From: Dehalococcoidia bacterium
GTDB taxonomy: Bacteria; Chloroflexota; Dehalococcoidia; Lucifugimonadales; UBA3495
Assembly: GCA_022823505.1 (NCBI GenBank)
Contig: JAJEIA010000098.1
Span: 7,506 to 71,505, forward strand
Direction of reading: 5' to 3'
DNA: 64,000 bases
Shown here: positions 61,235 through 64,000 of the stretch, piece after piece
Layout of the letters: each line of letters opens with the position of its first letter
How positions within the stretch are numbered: position 1 is the first letter of the stretch
Translations under genes and position numbers: made by a program
The notes under the pieces: generated by a model
Seen by the model: the letters and a program-made list of their open reading frames with translations, nothing else
Told to the model about the DNA's origin: nothing
Database searches by the model: none

Positions 61235-62494
61235 TTACGCGTTGGTCACCGTGACGGGCAGCGCTTCCAGCGCCCGCAGACCGATGAGCTGGTCGTATTC
61301 CAGCGTCTCGGCCGGGACTTCGAGTTCCAGGCTCTCGAACCGGTTGGCGAGGTTCCGGAAGATCTCCTGACCCTCCAGCCGCGCCAGCGTCGCGCCCAGG
61401 CAGTGGTGGATGCCGCTGCCGAAGGCCACGTGCATGTTCGGGTAGCGCTCCACGTCGAAATCGTCCGCCCGGTCGAATACCTTCGGGTCCCGGTTGGCCC
61501 CGGAGATGAACCACCGCACCCGATCGTTCTCTTTGATGTGCTGACCGTTGAGCTCCATGTCCTCCATGGCGATCCGCTGGATGGACTTCACGGGCGAGTC
61601 GTACCGCAGGCACTCCTCGGTGGCCCGCACCGTCTTGCCCTCTGGGTCCGACTTCAGGATGGCCCATTGGTCCGGATGCTGGGTGAACGCCAGCGTCCCG
61701 TTGCAGATCAGGTTGATGGTGGTCTCGTGGCCTGCGGAGAGCAGCAGCATCACGTTGTTGACCACCATGTCGCGGTCGAAGATACCCCGACGCGCGCCCT
61801 CGGCAACCACCGAGATGAGATCGTCCTTGGGATTGGCGATGCGCTCGTCGCACAACGGGCCCAGGTAGTCCTGCAGGTTCTGCACCGATTCGGACAGGGG
61901 ACCCATGCGGTTCGGGCCCGTCCGGTTCAGGTGGCGCAGGTCCTTGGCCAGCCTGCGCATGATGGGGCGGTCGCTGTCCGGAATGCCGAGCATCCGAGCG
62001 ATGACCAGCAGGGGCAGCGGGGTGGCCAGGTCCGCCATCACATCCATGCGGCCCTTTTCCTGCACCGCGTCCAGCAGTTCGTCGATGGCCGACTGCACCA
62101 GCGGTCGCCACATCTCCATGGACTTGGGGGTGAAGTAGCCGTGCATCACGCGGCGCATGTCCACGTGGTCAGCCCCGCTTACCCCGGGGTTGTACCGCTT
62201 CTGGTCGTGCTGGATGAAGCGGGAGACCTGCCACTTCTTGATGTAGTTGTAGATCTCCATGTCGTCTTCGTCGATGGGCGGGTTCGGCGGCCGGGGGTCC
62301 CGGGCGAACACGCTGGACGAGAAGACCTCCGGATGGCGGGTCACCCACACCAGGTGCTCCCAGTCGGTGACCATCCAGACTTCATACTCCTCGTTGTAGT
62401 GCACCGGTTCCCATTCGCGCAGCCGCGCGAAGAATTCGTAGGGTTGGTACATCGCTTCAAGGGAGAACGGATTGTCGTTTATCGTGCTTACCAT
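61235..62494 (-). CDS. cytochrome P450
   Basis: AGHETT, EECLR, FGSGIHHCLG. Confidence 0.96.
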   Translation of the reverse strand: MVSTINDNPFSLEAMYQPYEFFARLREWEPVHYNEEYEVWMVTDWEHLVWVTRHPEVFSSSVFARDPRPPNPPIDEDDMEIYNYIKKWQVSRFIQHDQKRYNPGVSGADHVDMRRVMHGYFTPKSMEMWRPLVQSAIDELLDAVQEKGRMDVMADLATPLPLLVIARMLGIPDSDRPIMRRLAKDLRHLNRTGPNRMGPLSESVQNLQDYLGPLCDERIANPKDDLISVVAEGARRGIFDRDMVVNNVMLLLSAGHETTINLICNGTLAFTQHPDQWAILKSDPEGKTVRATEECLRYDSPVKSIQRIAMEDMELNGQHIKENDRVRWFISGANRDPKVFDRADDFDVERYPNMHVAFGSGIHHCLGATLARLEGQEIFRNLANRFESLELEVPAETLEYDQLIGLRALEALPVTVTNA

Positions 62495-62678
62495 TTCCTG
62501 CGACCTCCGGTGTGCGACACGCGATTTGTCGACGAATTGCGCCGCATAAGCTGCGCTGATGTGCCGATTATAGGCTTGACGCGCTCTCTGCGCAAGCGAA
62601 ACAGCGAGGCAAAGGTTCAGAGTTACGAGTCAAGCGCCTCGCTATGACAACCTCCTGAATTCCGGACAGTTACAAACT

Positions 62679-62706
62679 GAGGCCCGGCGAAACATCGCCG
62701 GGCCTC
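62679..62706 (-). terminator. terminator-like hairpin
   Basis: GAGGCCCGGCGA-AACA-TCGCCGGGCCTC. Confidence 0.7.
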
Positions 62707-62732
62707 GTAACCCCCGGGAATTAGCGAACCGA

Positions 62733-64000
62733 TTACGTCAGGTTCACCGGCAGGGTCTCCAGCGTCCGGAACGTGATGCTGGAGGTGTAGGTGAGGTCCT
62801 CCGAGTTGCAGTTCATGTTGAGGTTCGGGAACCGCTCGGCCAGGGCCTTGAAGGCTTCCTGCCCTTCCAGCCGCGCCAGCGTCGCGCCCAGGCAGTGGTG
62901 GATACCGCTGCCGAAGGCCACGTGGGGGTTCGGGTACCGCTCGACGTCGAAGTCGTCTGCGCGGTCGAACACCTCGGGGTCACGGTTGGCGGAGGTCACG
63001 AACCAGCGCATCCGCTCGTCCTTCTGGATGAGCTTGCCGCCCAGCTCGACGTCCTCGCCGGCGATGCGAGTGATGGACTTGACCGGCGGGTCGTAGCGCA
63101 GGCACTCCTCGGTGGCCCGGATCATCTTGCCGGCGGGATCGGTCTTGAACAGCTCCCACTGGTCCGGGTGCTCCATGAATGCCCGGGTGCCGTTGCAGAT
63201 CAGGTTGATGGTGGTCTCGTGACCGGCCAGCAGCAGCAGGATGGCGTTGGCCACAACCTGCTCCTCGTCCATGATCCGCTTGCCGGAGGCGTTGGTGGTA
63301 CGGGCGGCGTCGGTCATCTTGTCCAGCAGGTCGCCGTTGGGGCTGTCCAACCGGGCCTTGACCATGGGCCGCAGGTAATCCTGCAGCTCGGTGATGCCCT
63401 CGGACAGCGGCTGCATGCGGTCGGCGTTGCCCCGGCCGATGAACAGCAGCTTCTCCGCCAGGGAGCGGATGAACTGGCGGTCGTAGGTCTCGATGCCCAT
63501 CATGGCCGCGATGACCAGCAGGGGCAGCGGGGTGGCGTAGTCACGCATCACGTCCATGCTGCCGCGCTCTTCGGCCTCGTCCAGCAACTGCTTGATAGCC
63601 GACTGCACCAGCGGGCGCCAGAGTTCCATGGCCTTCGGGGTGAAGTAGCCGTGGATGACCTTCCGCATGTCGGTGTGGTCCGGGCCGCCGTGCTCTCGGA
63701 TCTCCTCGTGGGAGCTGACCGCTCGCCGGTCGGTCTGGATGAACCACTGGCTGAAGAAGTTCCGCACGTCCTCGTACAGGCCCATGTCGGATTCGTCAAT
63801 CGAGGGGTACGGAGGCAGCGGGTCCCGGCTGAACACCTCGGACGAGAACGCCTCAGGGCGTCGGGTGACCCAGACCAAGTCCTTGTACTTGGTGATGACC
63901 CATAGCTTGTAGGGGTCGTTCCAGTGGACCGGATCCTCCTCGCGCATGCGCCCGAAGTACGTATACGGGTCCTGGATCACCTCAGGGGAAAACAGGTTTT
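62733..64000 (-). CDS. cytochrome P450 (5' end beyond the window)
   Basis: AGHETT, EECLR, FGSGIHHCLG; frame open to the window end (NLFSPEVIQDPY). Confidence 0.96.
   Translation of the reverse strand, partial: NLFSPEVIQDPYTYFGRMREEDPVHWNDPYKLWVITKYKDLVWVTRRPEAFSSEVFSRDPLPPYPSIDESDMGLYEDVRNFFSQWFIQTDRRAVSSHEEIREHGGPDHTDMRKVIHGYFTPKAMELWRPLVQSAIKQLLDEAEERGSMDVMRDYATPLPLLVIAAMMGIETYDRQFIRSLAEKLLFIGRGNADRMQPLSEGITELQDYLRPMVKARLDSPNGDLLDKMTDAARTTNASGKRIMDEEQVVANAILLLLAGHETTINLICNGTRAFMEHPDQWELFKTDPAGKMIRATEECLRYDPPVKSITRIAGEDVELGGKLIQKDERMRWFVTSANRDPEVFDRADDFDVERYPNPHVAFGSGIHHCLGATLARLEGQEAFKALAERFPNLNMNCNSEDLTYTSSITFRTLETLPVNLT

Overview
High-GC bacterial chromosomal segment. Gene content points to Chloroflexota, probably Dehalococcoidia/SAR202-like (inference from the luciferase-like monooxygenases, tandem P450s, Baeyer-Villiger monooxygenase, PaREP1 and Uma2 proteins, and Pro/Thr-rich lipoproteins). 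Housekeeping genes (gltX, glnS, valS, gyrB, rluD, lspA, folP-folK, hpt, aroE-aroC, htpX, a frameshifted rarA, tRNA-Ser) are interleaved with oxidative catabolic enzymes and transporters. Most notable: (1) a split B12-dependent acyl-CoA mutase with the Ile/Asp signature of 2-hydroxyisobutyryl-CoA mutase, translationally coupled to an upstream AbrB-PaREP1 + PaREP1 (HEPN-like) pair that follows a PLD-nuclease gene, with two small membrane ORFans between its subunits; (2) four tandem P450s plus a ferredoxin, with variable B-C loop insertions and an antisense HicB/HicA-like pair inserted in the array; (3) at least three families of short palindromic MITE/REP-like elements; (4) a lipoprotein with three C-x33/35-C repeats. 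No CRISPR array, rRNA, integrase or transposase was seen.
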